Notes under the pieces: model-generated | Databases searched by the model: none | Told to the model about the DNA's origin: nothing | Seen by the model: only the letters and a program-made list of their open reading frames with translations | Source of the DNA: Selaginella moellendorffii | Taxonomy: Eukaryota > Plantae > Lycopodiophyta | Direction of reading: 5' to 3' | Length of the DNA stretch: 64,000 bases | Assembly (NCBI RefSeq): GCF_000143415.4 | Contig: NW_003314271.1 | Location: 806,001-870,000, forward strand | Translations under genes and position numbers: made by a program | Shown here: positions 11,798 through 22,746 of the stretch, piece after piece | Numbering within the stretch: position 1 is the stretch's first letter | Layout of the letters: each line of letters starts with the position of its first letter

Positions 11798-14700
11798 GTG
11801 ACCTAGGACCGTATCCTCACCCGACTGTCTTAACATGCGTTCTTGCACCCTTCGAAGACGACGAGATGAGAAAAACGTGGCCCTGACTTGAAAAGCATCC
11901 CTCATCCATTGTACCTCTCCATTGAGATTGGGGAAGGGGAGTCCGCCATAGGAATCTGAGTCAGGAGGTGGTGACTGGCTGCTTTCACTCAACCCTTGAT
12001 CTGCAATGAATGGCATGAGCACACACGCCATAACCGTGAGGCATTACCTATCATCTTTTCGTTGCCCTTCTTCCTTTTCGAATCAAACGCCTCTGATCCC
12101 GATGACTGTCCAACGTGCTTTCGTTTTTTATGACCACTGTCAGTTTGAGCTTGGCTGGTGCTTGCCTGTTTTGCCTTTGAAGAAGTGTCTCCTGCAAGGA
12201 ATGGCATGAGACCACATGCTATTGCAAATATAATTTGTACCTCCTTTTTTCCTATTGCTTGTCTGTTTGTCCTTCTTTGACGCGCCACCAGTGCGCTTTT
12301 CAGTCCTCGTGTCCGAATATTCACAACGATCTATAATCAAAATGGCGTGAGGCCTCACGTGACCTTACCTTGTGCAGGTTGTGAGCTCGGCCCAACATGG
12401 GTATCTTCAACAGTAGCTGTTAACGCCGTTTCAGCATCTGGGGGTGGCCACGCTCCTGCATACAGAGCTTGTGAGATAACATTTAAACTTAAAGTGCGTA
12501 CTCACCAGGTTCGCAGAGAAGATACTGTTTTTCTTTGGCAACTGTAATTATATGCTCCATTGAAGTCACCTCTTCAATGGAGTTTGTCACCGCAACACAC
12601 GGGACACCCTTGAGTAGTGCGGCTCGAAAGAATAGTCCGCCACAGTTGTACTCGACAACGCATTTGCCCTTGGAGTCGGAAGCAGGTGACCCACCCGCTA
12701 TTGCGTTGAAGACCCAGCTGAGCATTTCCCATGCTGCACCTAGAGCTTTCTTTGGATTCAAAAGCTCCATAGCCGTCTTCAGTTCCTCAGGCATAGCTAA
12801 ATTGACCTCCCTCAGATCAATTCGATCGGCCTTGTTAAACGAAGCTGGGAAGTCACTCCAGTCACACTCTGCTGCAGGACCAATAACAAGGGCGAGTGTG
12901 AAGATGCGGACATTCGTTGGTATCTTCTTCTTAGCCATTATCCCATGGATCTCCCGCATCTCCTTGCCTTTCAACCGAGCTTTCACCTCGTTCAAGGCCT
13001 TCCAGAACTTGTGATAGGATTCGGAGTTGTAGATCATATAGTGGACTGAAGATTCCACCTCTGCAAGTCCCACCATTAAGTCAATGATGGAGCTGACTTT
13101 GTCTGCATGAGTGATCTCCTCGTTTGTGAAGTCCATCACACAAAAGATGTTCTTGACCTGCTCATCTCCGCGGGAAACGATGCTCCTCCATCTTTGATCC
13201 TCATCCGAATTCACGTATACCCGGTAAGGTTCTCGATAGGCCTCTGCTGCGGGGTCGAGCTGTTTCTGAAGCCGGCAGTCGACATCCCTCTTAATGAAAT
13301 TTGGATACTGATCCAACTTCTCAGCTTTACTTTTCGTGGCATCCCGCAGCAGATCGATGAACTTGGGGGCCCCCTTCACGTACTCGTCGATGTCTTCATT
13401 TGACAAATCCAGCGCTTCCATCATCTCTTGCGTGGTGTCGATGCTCACCCTCTCCACGGCCACTTGCTCGAAGATCCAATCCTTCAATAGCACACGAGCT
13501 CTCAGAGTCGTGCACAAGTCCTCGTATGTCACAATATGGCCGGGAGTCATTTTGGTCTTGTTGAAGACTACCTCACCACGTAGAAGAGCATTAGCCACTG
13601 TCAGAAGGTCGTCGTCGTCTAGAGACTGCGAGAAACGCAAGGCATTGAGCTTCAAATCATTGGGCTTCCGGCCGTCCTCCACACCCATTGAGTTTAGCAA
13701 CTCCCCGTCATGGTACCTCCTCAGCACATCTACCCATTTGTCAAAAACAACTTTTGTCGCAAGTAGAATGTTATGGATTCTGAGTGTGTCATTGACCCCC
13801 AGTGTTTTCGAGAGAAGACTCGAGAATTCCTGCAATGGAAATGGCGTGAGACCACATGCTATGCCACATGCAACGAGGCTTACCTGCCAGGCGCTAGTTG
13901 CTAGTGCATGTCCTTGTCCTGGTTTTTGTGGCTTCTTCAGTTGAACCTAGAGCTTCCATGTTCATGCCAATGTCTCGTGCAGACCCGATTTGTAGCACGT
14001 TTCTTGCTTGACATTCTGCGCGTGGGAGATGTATATGATAGATCGGAGGGGCGAGTTGCCTTTTATCAGGCGGACAACTCTTGTCTTGAAGACTTTCTTC
14101 ACCTCCACGCCCACCATAATATCCACAACTATCTCTTGCATCGCCAAGCTAGAATGCTGCCCGGAGACGGCATAGAACCGGATGTTCTGATCGTCCAACA
14201 CCTTCCTATTGATCAAGTCTGGAAACCTCGTCTTGCCCTTTATTGTTCGGTAGTAGGGGATCACGTCTGCGATGTCGGGTGTTACTGGACTTGCCAGCAT
14301 CTTCTACTTCAGTTTCTCCACCCACTCATCAGATACTAGCCTGTGGTTGTATTTGCTTTGGATGTCGATACGGCTCACGTCGATTGTATATACTTTGTTG
14401 GAATAGTAACAAGTACTATTATCTGTGACAATTTTTGCTGCCTCTTCTTGCTCTTTCTACTCTTTGCGGCTCTTCTTTTTGGTGGGCGTAGTGTTCGAAC
14501 CCGAGACAATGGCATCACCGAGTAGCTTCTTTTTTGGAGCAGGAGAGTCGGACGTCGGCTTGAGCTTGACCACCCTTTTCTGCTTCGGGGTAGTTTCCAG
14601 ATCGACCCCCTTCCCCTTCGCTTCGCGAACTAGAGGCACTCTCAACGGCTCAATGTTGGAATATAGTTTTTGAACATCGCCATAGGTGAGGTCCGTGGAT

Positions 14701-17675
14701 TCCATGTGATCTTCATAGACCCGCAGCATCTTTGAAATTGTGGGCCTTCTGGACAACCTCTCCCTAGCTCCCTCTAGGAATTCCTCATAGCCGCTGCCCC
14801 CCTCCGGGAAGCCGCTAGGATGTGCAAGGTGGATCTTGAAGGCGGACGCTGTCTCTACCACAAGTGCCAATCCATATTCTTGCATGGAACTGCATGGAGT
14901 GTCTGTCACTTGGATGAGGATCCCCATGCATTCTTTTCTCCCACCATCTGTGTTGTACAGCCTCAGATCCTCGCCTTCCATCCCGAAAGTCTAACTGGTG
15001 AGCTCCTCCCCCTTCTCTGCATCCACATTGACAGTGGCTGGAAGAAGAACACAATTCCTCGCCTGTTCAGAAATGCACAACAATTAGAGCTGACAGATGA
15101 AAAGCTAGCAGCTGGAAATAACGTGAGGCCACACGCCATTCACCACTGCATCAGATGTCTTGAGGCTGCATCCTAAGATGGCGTGAGGCTACACGCCATC
15201 TGTAACCAAACTGCACTCGAGAGCCCAATCGGTGCATGCTAATGTTGCTACTGAATGGCATGTGGCCTCATGCCATTTTCTACTTGGCCTAAAAGACTTA
15301 CCATTTGAAGCCGAATGGAGGCGTGACAATCGAGGCCGGACTCGCTGGCGAATGTGCACTATGTGTGCACCGGATCTTAGCAGGAAGGCTACTCTGCCAC
15401 TTACAATTGGAGAGTGGCGCTGAAATCTCCCGGGACGCCAAATGGGCTGCGTGTGGGTGGCGGAGTGGGCGGCAGAGTTGGCGGCGAAGTTACAAACTGG
15501 GTGTGTCTTGAAGTGGACGCCGATGCACACGAGTGCGATGCGAGCGCGAGTGTGATGCAAGTGCGAGTGGACGCAGATGCACACGAGAAACTTGTAGAGA
15601 AGGTAGATGAGCGCGAATGTGAGCGTGATCGCGAGTGAGAGCGCGATGCGAGCGCGAGTACGAAGCAAAATGCAAAACCTAACCTCACACACGCGAAATG
15701 TCACGATAGTTGGTAATCCCGCCACGTCATCATTCTTTGGACTTGGGCGCCACCATTAATTTCTGGATCGCCGCGCACATGCATGCACGTGAAATCCAAA
15801 AGAAATCCGCAACGTCATCATTCCTCGGACTTCATGCACACGAAATCCAAAAGAAAGATCATGATTGGGATATCATATAATACCCTCGCTATATTTATAC
15901 CATGCATGATTGGATATTCCAAAGCATCTTGTATTTCCAAAAATGCCAGATGTTCAGCTAAATAAAGAATGGTATACAAATCCCAAAAAATGCACCAAAA
16001 AATGCTCGGCGTCATCTGGCGTTATCTTTTGAATGGCGTGGGGCCGCATGCCATTTTCAGGGGCACATAGGAGTATATTCCTAGAATATTCTGACATGCG
16101 CGAGATGTTTTTGAGTTTTCTAGAGATCCAACCGTTAGATCGCAACTAGATTTTACAGAATGGTATACAATGCCTTTCTTGATGACCATACAAAAAAGCA
16201 TCTCGATCGGACACCACATGAGACCACACGAGCCTTACAATGTTTCAGGGGCATTTGCCATAGATCCGACCGTTATTTTGCTCCAAGATTTTATAGTTTG
16301 GTGTGCATTGACCTTTCCATCGACACTGCAAAGGGATATCACAATCAAATGCGGGATCACAAGAAACTAACTTCATTAACTCTGGTTTCACCAAGATCTA
16401 CGTAAGGAGTTATGAAATGAAAGGACCCTCTCTATTGAAATGTGTTTATGGTCCTAAGGGCATTGTGACATATCAAAGGATTTTGCATCAAGTTCTGTAT
16501 TTGCATGTTTATCAAGCTATTGAATTGCTAAACCCTAAACCCTAAACTCTAAACATGTGGCAAATGCTGCGTGAAGAAAAGATGCCCTTTCTGGGCAAAT
16601 GCTGTAAGAGGCAGATGTCGAGCAAATGTATCTCAGGCTAGCGAAGGGGACAAACGAAAGTTAGCTATAAATATGACGGGATGCAAATAGATTACTAGGC
16701 TGGTCCTGCGAAAATCAAAAACCATAATTGAAAACATTGAAAATGCAAAAAGAAAGGTTTATAATATTTTTGAATTTTAAGCAACCAAAGGAATGTATGT
16801 AGGGCATGTGTTTGTAAGTTTAAAAATGCCTTAACCACTTAAATTCCCAAGTAAATAAAGCTGTTTCTATTTTTGGTACAGGTAAACTTTATAGCGTGTG
16901 GGCTCATGCAATTTTGAACCCAAAAATGCACCAAAAAATGCTCGACTAGCATTATTCTTTGAATGGCGTGTGGCCTTATATTGCCATAAATGGACGTACA
17001 CACACAGCATAATTATTCCTTTACACGGCGAATAATCTTGGCGCGGATCGCTGACACGGCATGGCAAAGTTCGAATCACTGACATGGCATAGCTAGATCG
17101 AGGCAAGGACATGATGTGACAAAGTTCAACCTCCGACAGCAAAGTCTAGAAGCTACTCAGTTTGAAATTTGTCAGAGGAATCATAAGATCTAGTTTGTCA
17201 GAGGATTTGATGTGACGTTCAAGCGTGTGTTATTTTTGAATTCTCGAACTCATTCCTAGGTCTATCATTTTTGTGCGCCGTGTTCTTGGTTCCGCTGAGT
17301 GCAGTGAGCGCTGCTTGTGTAAGCGGCGTTGTGAGCTGTGGTTTATGCGTCTATAAGCGGTTGCGGCATTGCTAGCGCCATTGCGAGCGGCAGTTTATGC
17401 GAGTGGCAGTTTGTGCGAGTGGCGCTACGAGCAGTTGCGGTGTTGCGAGCGGCGCTATGAGTAGTTGCGGTGTTGCGAGCGGCACTGTCTTTGGTGTGGC
17501 TACCGCTTCCTCTTGATATTCAGCACTTGTGCTTCCTGGTATGTTCACCATGGAATGGCTTAGGACCACATTTAGAAATGGCATGAGGCCACATGCCATC
17601 TTGGGCCCTTGCAATTTCATGGCTAGCGTATTGTCATGTATGTTTTTACTTGCCTGCAGCTGTGTGTATATCAAG

Positions 17676-17867
17676 ATGGCATGAGGCCTCATGCCATCTT
17701 TGGCCTCTACTAGCCTATTGCCATATTCCTTTTGCCTTGTTGCAACTGTATATATTTTTGTATGGGTGACTAGTCACGCACACAAAAATATATACAGTTG
17801 CAGCAAGGCAAAAGAAATATAGCAACAGGCTAGCAGGGGCCAAAGATAGCGTGAGGCCTCATGCCAT
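17676..17867. repeat. 192-bp imperfect palindrome upstream of the transposase
   Basis: Arms are symmetric about GTGACTAGTCAC (17766-17777); each end is a copy of the 22-bp palindrome. Confidence 0.9.
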
Positions 17868-18055
17868 TAATGGTACCACTAATGGCATGAGGGCTCATGC
17901 CAATTTTGTGAATGCGAAATTTCACATGGGTGTCAATAGCATGTTTGAATAATGGCATGTGGCCTCATGCTATTGAGGTTGTTTGGTATGTTATGATTTA
18001 GGCCATTCTCCAATCATTTTTTGTATGGTCTTAACTTCTTTTCTGCACTTTCAGA

Positions 18056-21000
18056 ATGGCCTTCAGGGTTGGGGAAAAGGTTTACATTTTGAATGGTGGG
18101 AAGAGAGTTGCAAAAGGGACCCTTGTGTCTATAGATCGGAACTTTATTATACACTGTCAAAGGCTTGGGGAAGGCAATGCTGCTGTATCAGTAGAGACTG
18201 TCTTCGATGGGAATGTGGTCGCTATTGAACGAGAAGAGATGGTCGTCGGGGTAAATGTTGTTGTTGCCTTGAAAAATCTTCAGAAGAAAGCAGATGTTGG
18301 GGACAGCGAAAATGCGACACATGTTCCCTCCATGAATCTTAAGAACCGTGCTACATGGATTCAGACAAAGGTGTTTCTAAACAACCCCGAGGGGGAGGTG
18401 GTAGCTGAGGGATTAGCCACAGTTGTCGATCCAAGAGATGCGGTTGCTAATCAAGAATTGGGCTGGGATGATATTGGAGTTGCGATTTTAAAGGTTATTG
18501 ACACAGAAGAAAATAGTCTGACTATTGGAAGCATTGTGCGATGGAAATTGAGGCACTTAGTGTTTGAGAATGTGAAGGATTCACAATCAAACACCACTAC
18601 AACTGATGACAGAACATCTTTTCATGGGAAAAGAAAGTACACCTTCCTAAAGCGCAGCCAAAGGGATCTGAGCAACGAACCGAAAAGGCAGAAAATGGCG
18701 ATGGAGGTTTGAATGGTCTCGACAGTTGCTTGTTGCAAGAGGAGGTGCTGTCAACATGCTGATTGGGATGCTATTGAAGAGGAGAGAGCAAGATACAAGA
18801 CATTGTCCTGGAAGGAAGTTCGCAATTTTGTGTATGAGGCATTACGGTCATCTGTTGATGCTTCAAAACATCAGGTGGGGGGCATGGTCTTCCAGAGGGG
18901 TTTGGTCTGCATGAAGGCATGGAGAATCATTTATGGAGTCCCTCGAACCACATTCTATAGAATCAAAACTGAGTTCGAGGAACAAAGGGTTCAATAGGCA
19001 GTCCATGGGAACGACGGTACGCACAAAACCAGGGGTCATGTTGTATATGGAGAGGCAATCTTCAAGAGGTTTTTCGAGACATGTAGCGAGCAGCAACCAC
19101 ATAACACCCGCCTCTTGGAAGATGGAACACGAGACACCCAACGAATTCTCCCTTCCATGTATACCAAGGGGGTCATATTGGAAGATGTGAATCGGGAACT
19201 CCAGAGTAATGGCTACAGGAAGCTGAGCCAATCTAGATTTAGTAGATTGTGGAGCAACAGGTTCAGGGATGTGAGTATAGGAAAGTACTCCAGCTTTTTA
19301 AAGTGTGACGAGTGCACTGCTATCAAAATGGCTTTGTCGAAGAATTCTTGCAGCACTCAAGAGCGAGAGACGTTGGTTAGAAGGCGGCTCGACCATAACA
19401 TCAAGCAGAGAAGCTGCAGGACTACATATTATCATAACAGGATTCTCTCCATGGAGAGACCTGACTCTTACCTCTGCATCATCCACGACAAAATGGACCA
19501 GAAAAAGACGTGCTTACCTCGACTCAATCCTGCCCCCAAGGCAATCTCTTCATCCATGCAGCTGCCTGTGTCTCTGTTTGGCATAATCGCTCATGGGCAT
19601 GGTGCCCAGAACTATGGGAACTTCTTTGTACCTCTATGGGGTGGCGGGGGTGCAAACATGATGATTGCGTCCCTAGCAAAACACTTAAGGTCTCTGCAAA
19701 GTGCGCAGACTGAGCTGAACGGCCAACCCTTGCATAAGGCCCTTGTCGATCGAACCCCATACAGGGTTCAGCTGGAGGAGGAGCAAAGGCTTGCAGTATC
19801 GTGTGGGGCCCCATGCCATCCCAGTGAATATGTTGGCCGTCAGATTGTAGGGTTATCACGTGAGGCCTCATGCCATTCCGACGAGGCTGGTCGCCCAGTG
19901 AATGCATAACCTCATCCAAACAAAGCAGAATCTCAAGGAAGTTCTTGCGGCCGATGTGGCCTTCCACCCCATCTTCTGCTCCAAACAGACAATGCTGGCA
20001 GTGAGAACAAAAACATGTACGTCTTCGCGTACTTGGCGATGCTTGTTGCCAAAGGCATATTTGAAACGGTTACACTTGGCTTTCTCATGGTTGGGCACAC
20101 TCATGAAGACGTCGATGCCATGTTCAGTCACCTGGCAGAGTCCCTCCGGCGATCCAATGTCCTCACCCTCCCACAACTCTACGATGAATTCCAAAATTAC
20201 ATCAAAGGCATTGTTGAAGCTGCACTTGTGACAGAGGTTCCAGACTTTAAGGGGTTTGTAAGAGGCTACATCAGGGACGGATCCGAAACACTGATTGGCC
20301 ACTCCAAGCCTCTTCAGTTTCATTTCAGCATGCGTGACGGTGCTCCAGTGATGAGGTACAAGATGAGAGAATGGGACACAGTGTGGCTGCCAGTGGACGG
20401 CATTGAACTTTTCAAGAGAGATCCCATAACTGGGGAACCTATGATTCCTCAGGGTTCCCCACGGATGGACTCAAAGACCAGGAAAGTATAGTGGCCGGGA
20501 TTAGACAGCATATTGCCTTCTGGAAGAGGGGGTTGGTGTTTGGTGGAGAATCCTATTTTAAGAGGTGCAAGCCTTTGCTCAAATACTGGGAGAAGATTAT
20601 ATCTGCTATCCAAAATGGGCCGGTTGTATATGAAGAATTGGAAGAGTCCTTTTGGCCAGAACCCAGAGCACCAGATAGTAGCGGAACAATGTCCTCTAGA
20701 AATGAAGTGACAGATAACAATGTTGAGGATCACTATTGTGGGCCGAGGAACAAGAAGCCGGATTCAGCATTCAATCCAGTACAGGTCTGCAAAGGAATGG
20801 TCGTGCTTGTCAGACCCAGTAATATAAAACAAATGATATGGGTGGGGCGCTGCATCACTGATGCAGAGGAGGATGCGGAAACTAACTCCTTCAATGTAAC
20901 TGTGGAGTGGTTCAAGCCAAGTTCCGGATATACGAAGGATTGCCTAGAAAAGATATGGGTGCTGAATCCAAGGGATCCCAGCATGAGCATATCGGTGGAT

Positions 21001-21111
21001 AATGTTGTGCATGGTTGGATGCGGAAGCAAAGTGCCACCATCACCTTGCCAGACCATACAAGAGATGCAGCAAGAGCATTCATAACCCGGGTTCAAGGTG
21101 AGATTCATTAA
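18056..21111 (+). pseudogene. Sola1-like DDD transposase (defective)
   Basis: One frame 18056-~19795 with stops at 18710 and 18995, containing CCKRRCC, VCMKAWRIIYGV, FLKCDEC and IIHDKMD. After a probable intron (~19796-19928; junction not clean) come LLLQTDNAGSENKN and GFLMVGHTHEDVDAMFS. Frameshift near 20480 into the C-terminal ORF. Confidence 0.8.
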
Positions 21112-22718
21112 TATTCCTTTACTAAGTTTCTAATGTATTTTATTTCAAGGTGAACAATCCGAATTTGAATCAGAGGAGGCGTGATGGCATGTGGCCTTAT
21201 GCCATTCCTAGGTGAGATGATACAAATAACAAGTATAAATTCTTAGTTGTTCTAGCAAATCTTACTTAAAGTTCAAGGTGAACAAGCCGAATATGAATTC
21301 ATCGGATTGTTATAACAAATTGCGAGGTGATGGCATGAGGCGATACGCCATTTGAGAGTGGTAGCCATTCCTATATGAGGTGAGTGAAATATTTATTAGA
21401 ATTACCTTATTCAATTGTGCACTTCTAAGTCTTGGTCCACTTAGTACTGTTTGCATGTTTCTATTTTAATTCTTTCTCTAAAATGTTATTTAGCATGTGG
21501 CTTCATGCCATTGCTCTCCACAATCATGCATTGAATTTTTCTATCCTTGCATAATACTTCTCCATATATATAGCATGTGCGCACATGTGATATGGTTCAT
21601 TAGGCTTGATATAGTGTGTGAGGTAAAACAAAGATGATGTGACATATGCATTTACTAATCACACGTGCATAAATCTAATAATATGGCATGTGGTCCATAT
21701 TAATGGCACATAAACCCATATTGTGGGCTTACGTGCTTTATGTACCATCATTCCCTTGCAGCGTGTGTGTTGGTTTCCTTTTATAACACAACGAACTCCA
21801 TATTTTAGGGTGAAGAGCGTTCTCATGGCAAGCACAAAACCTGTAAGTGAGGCAGAAAAGGAGACGGAGAAGGAGATAGGTGAAGATGTAGAATATATAA
21901 GTCTTCCAAACTCCCCGTACTATACTCTAGGTGATCATTTTTCTGAACAAACGGCAATATTAACAACTATCGAGAACGCCCCAGTAACATCAGAGACAAC
22001 AATCCAAAGCAAAACAACTGACCCGGAGAAGGATGATAGTACCGCTGAGAGTACCAAAAAGGAGGTGTCCACTAGCGCTTAGGCTTATAATGGCGTATGC
22101 CCTCATGCCATTTACTTGATCACCAAATACCTTTTTCCCTTTGCACTAGTATATCTTAATACCGGTCTGAGAAATAGAATGGCATGTGCCCTCAAGCCTT
22201 TTACTAAATCACCTTTGAAAGAAATGCAAGCCTCTATGTCGTAAAAAAAAGGTACTAGAGAAATTCCTTAATAATATGAATGTTATTTAGTTTCATGAAA
22301 ATACACTAAGGGTCAAATGAGTTAAATGACTTCTCCAGACTAGCAATGCCTCTTGCTACACCTTCACAATTAGATTCGTTAGAAAAAGATAACATTGAAT
22401 AATATCTAAATGTTCTCACCATTAAGTTATATGTCTGGCTAATAGGAATGACGTTCATCTTGGAAAGCTCACCACATGCTCAATGAACAAACAAATAGTG
22501 TGTGCACGCATGCCATCGCTCTTCTTTAGCTTCAGATTCGGCTTGTTCACCTTGACAATGAGATTTATTATACAACCAGATGGACTCAGTCTGGACACAA
22601 AGTCACCACACTAGTCACCATGCTCCAGATATGTCTAGCCCCTGGACAAAAAACATATAATTTCACGTCATTTTCAAATACTTGAAAATTTGTACCTAGT
22701 CCCATTTTACTGAATAAA

Positions 22719-22742
22719 TCCCACTTTAACGAAATAGAGCTT
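22719..22742 (-). repeat. Right TIR
   Basis: Reverse complement is AAGCTCTATTTCGTTAAAGTGGGA. Confidence 0.92.
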
Positions 22743-22746
22743 GAAA

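Larger units (their letters stand above)
2167..14981 (-). pseudogene. Transposon cargo gene, multi-exon, >=1,615 codons: ParB-like + degenerate MTase-like + acidic tract + FCP1/NIF HAD-like domain; disrupted by nonsense changes and the nested LTR insertion
   Basis: GT-AG exon chain: 14981-13884, 13829-12506, 12455-12369, 12330-12241, 12191-12048, 12000-11803 joined to 4273-3941, 3883-3869, 3819-3712, 3664-3077, 3029-2167. Total 4848 nt with consistent phases and 5 in-frame TAG/TGA stops. Further 5' exons are probable up to ~15500. Confidence 0.75.
1725..22742 (+). mobile_element. Giant TIR DNA transposon, Sola1-like (~13.5 kb excluding the nested LTR element), with a cargo gene
   Basis: 24-bp TIRs with 1 mismatch (1725-1748, 22719-22742) and a 4-bp TSD GAAA (1721-1724, 22743-22746). 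Removal restores the gag frame. Internal transposase has HDKMD, QTDN..ENKN and FLMVGHTHEDVD. Confidence 0.9.

Noticed and set aside
12535-13944. Plus-strand ORFs opposite the cargo gene, and similar antisense ORFs over GC-rich host genes
   Set aside because: Shadow ORFs with no motifs.
21825-22082. Third transposon gene (acidic Ser/Thr-rich ORF)
   Set aside because: Short and low-complexity; may be a terminal transposase exon, cannot be supported as a separate gene.
2111-22200. Palindromic repeats as a CRISPR array
   Set aside because: Irregular spacing from tens of bp to kb, no uniform spacers, no cas genes, eukaryotic context.
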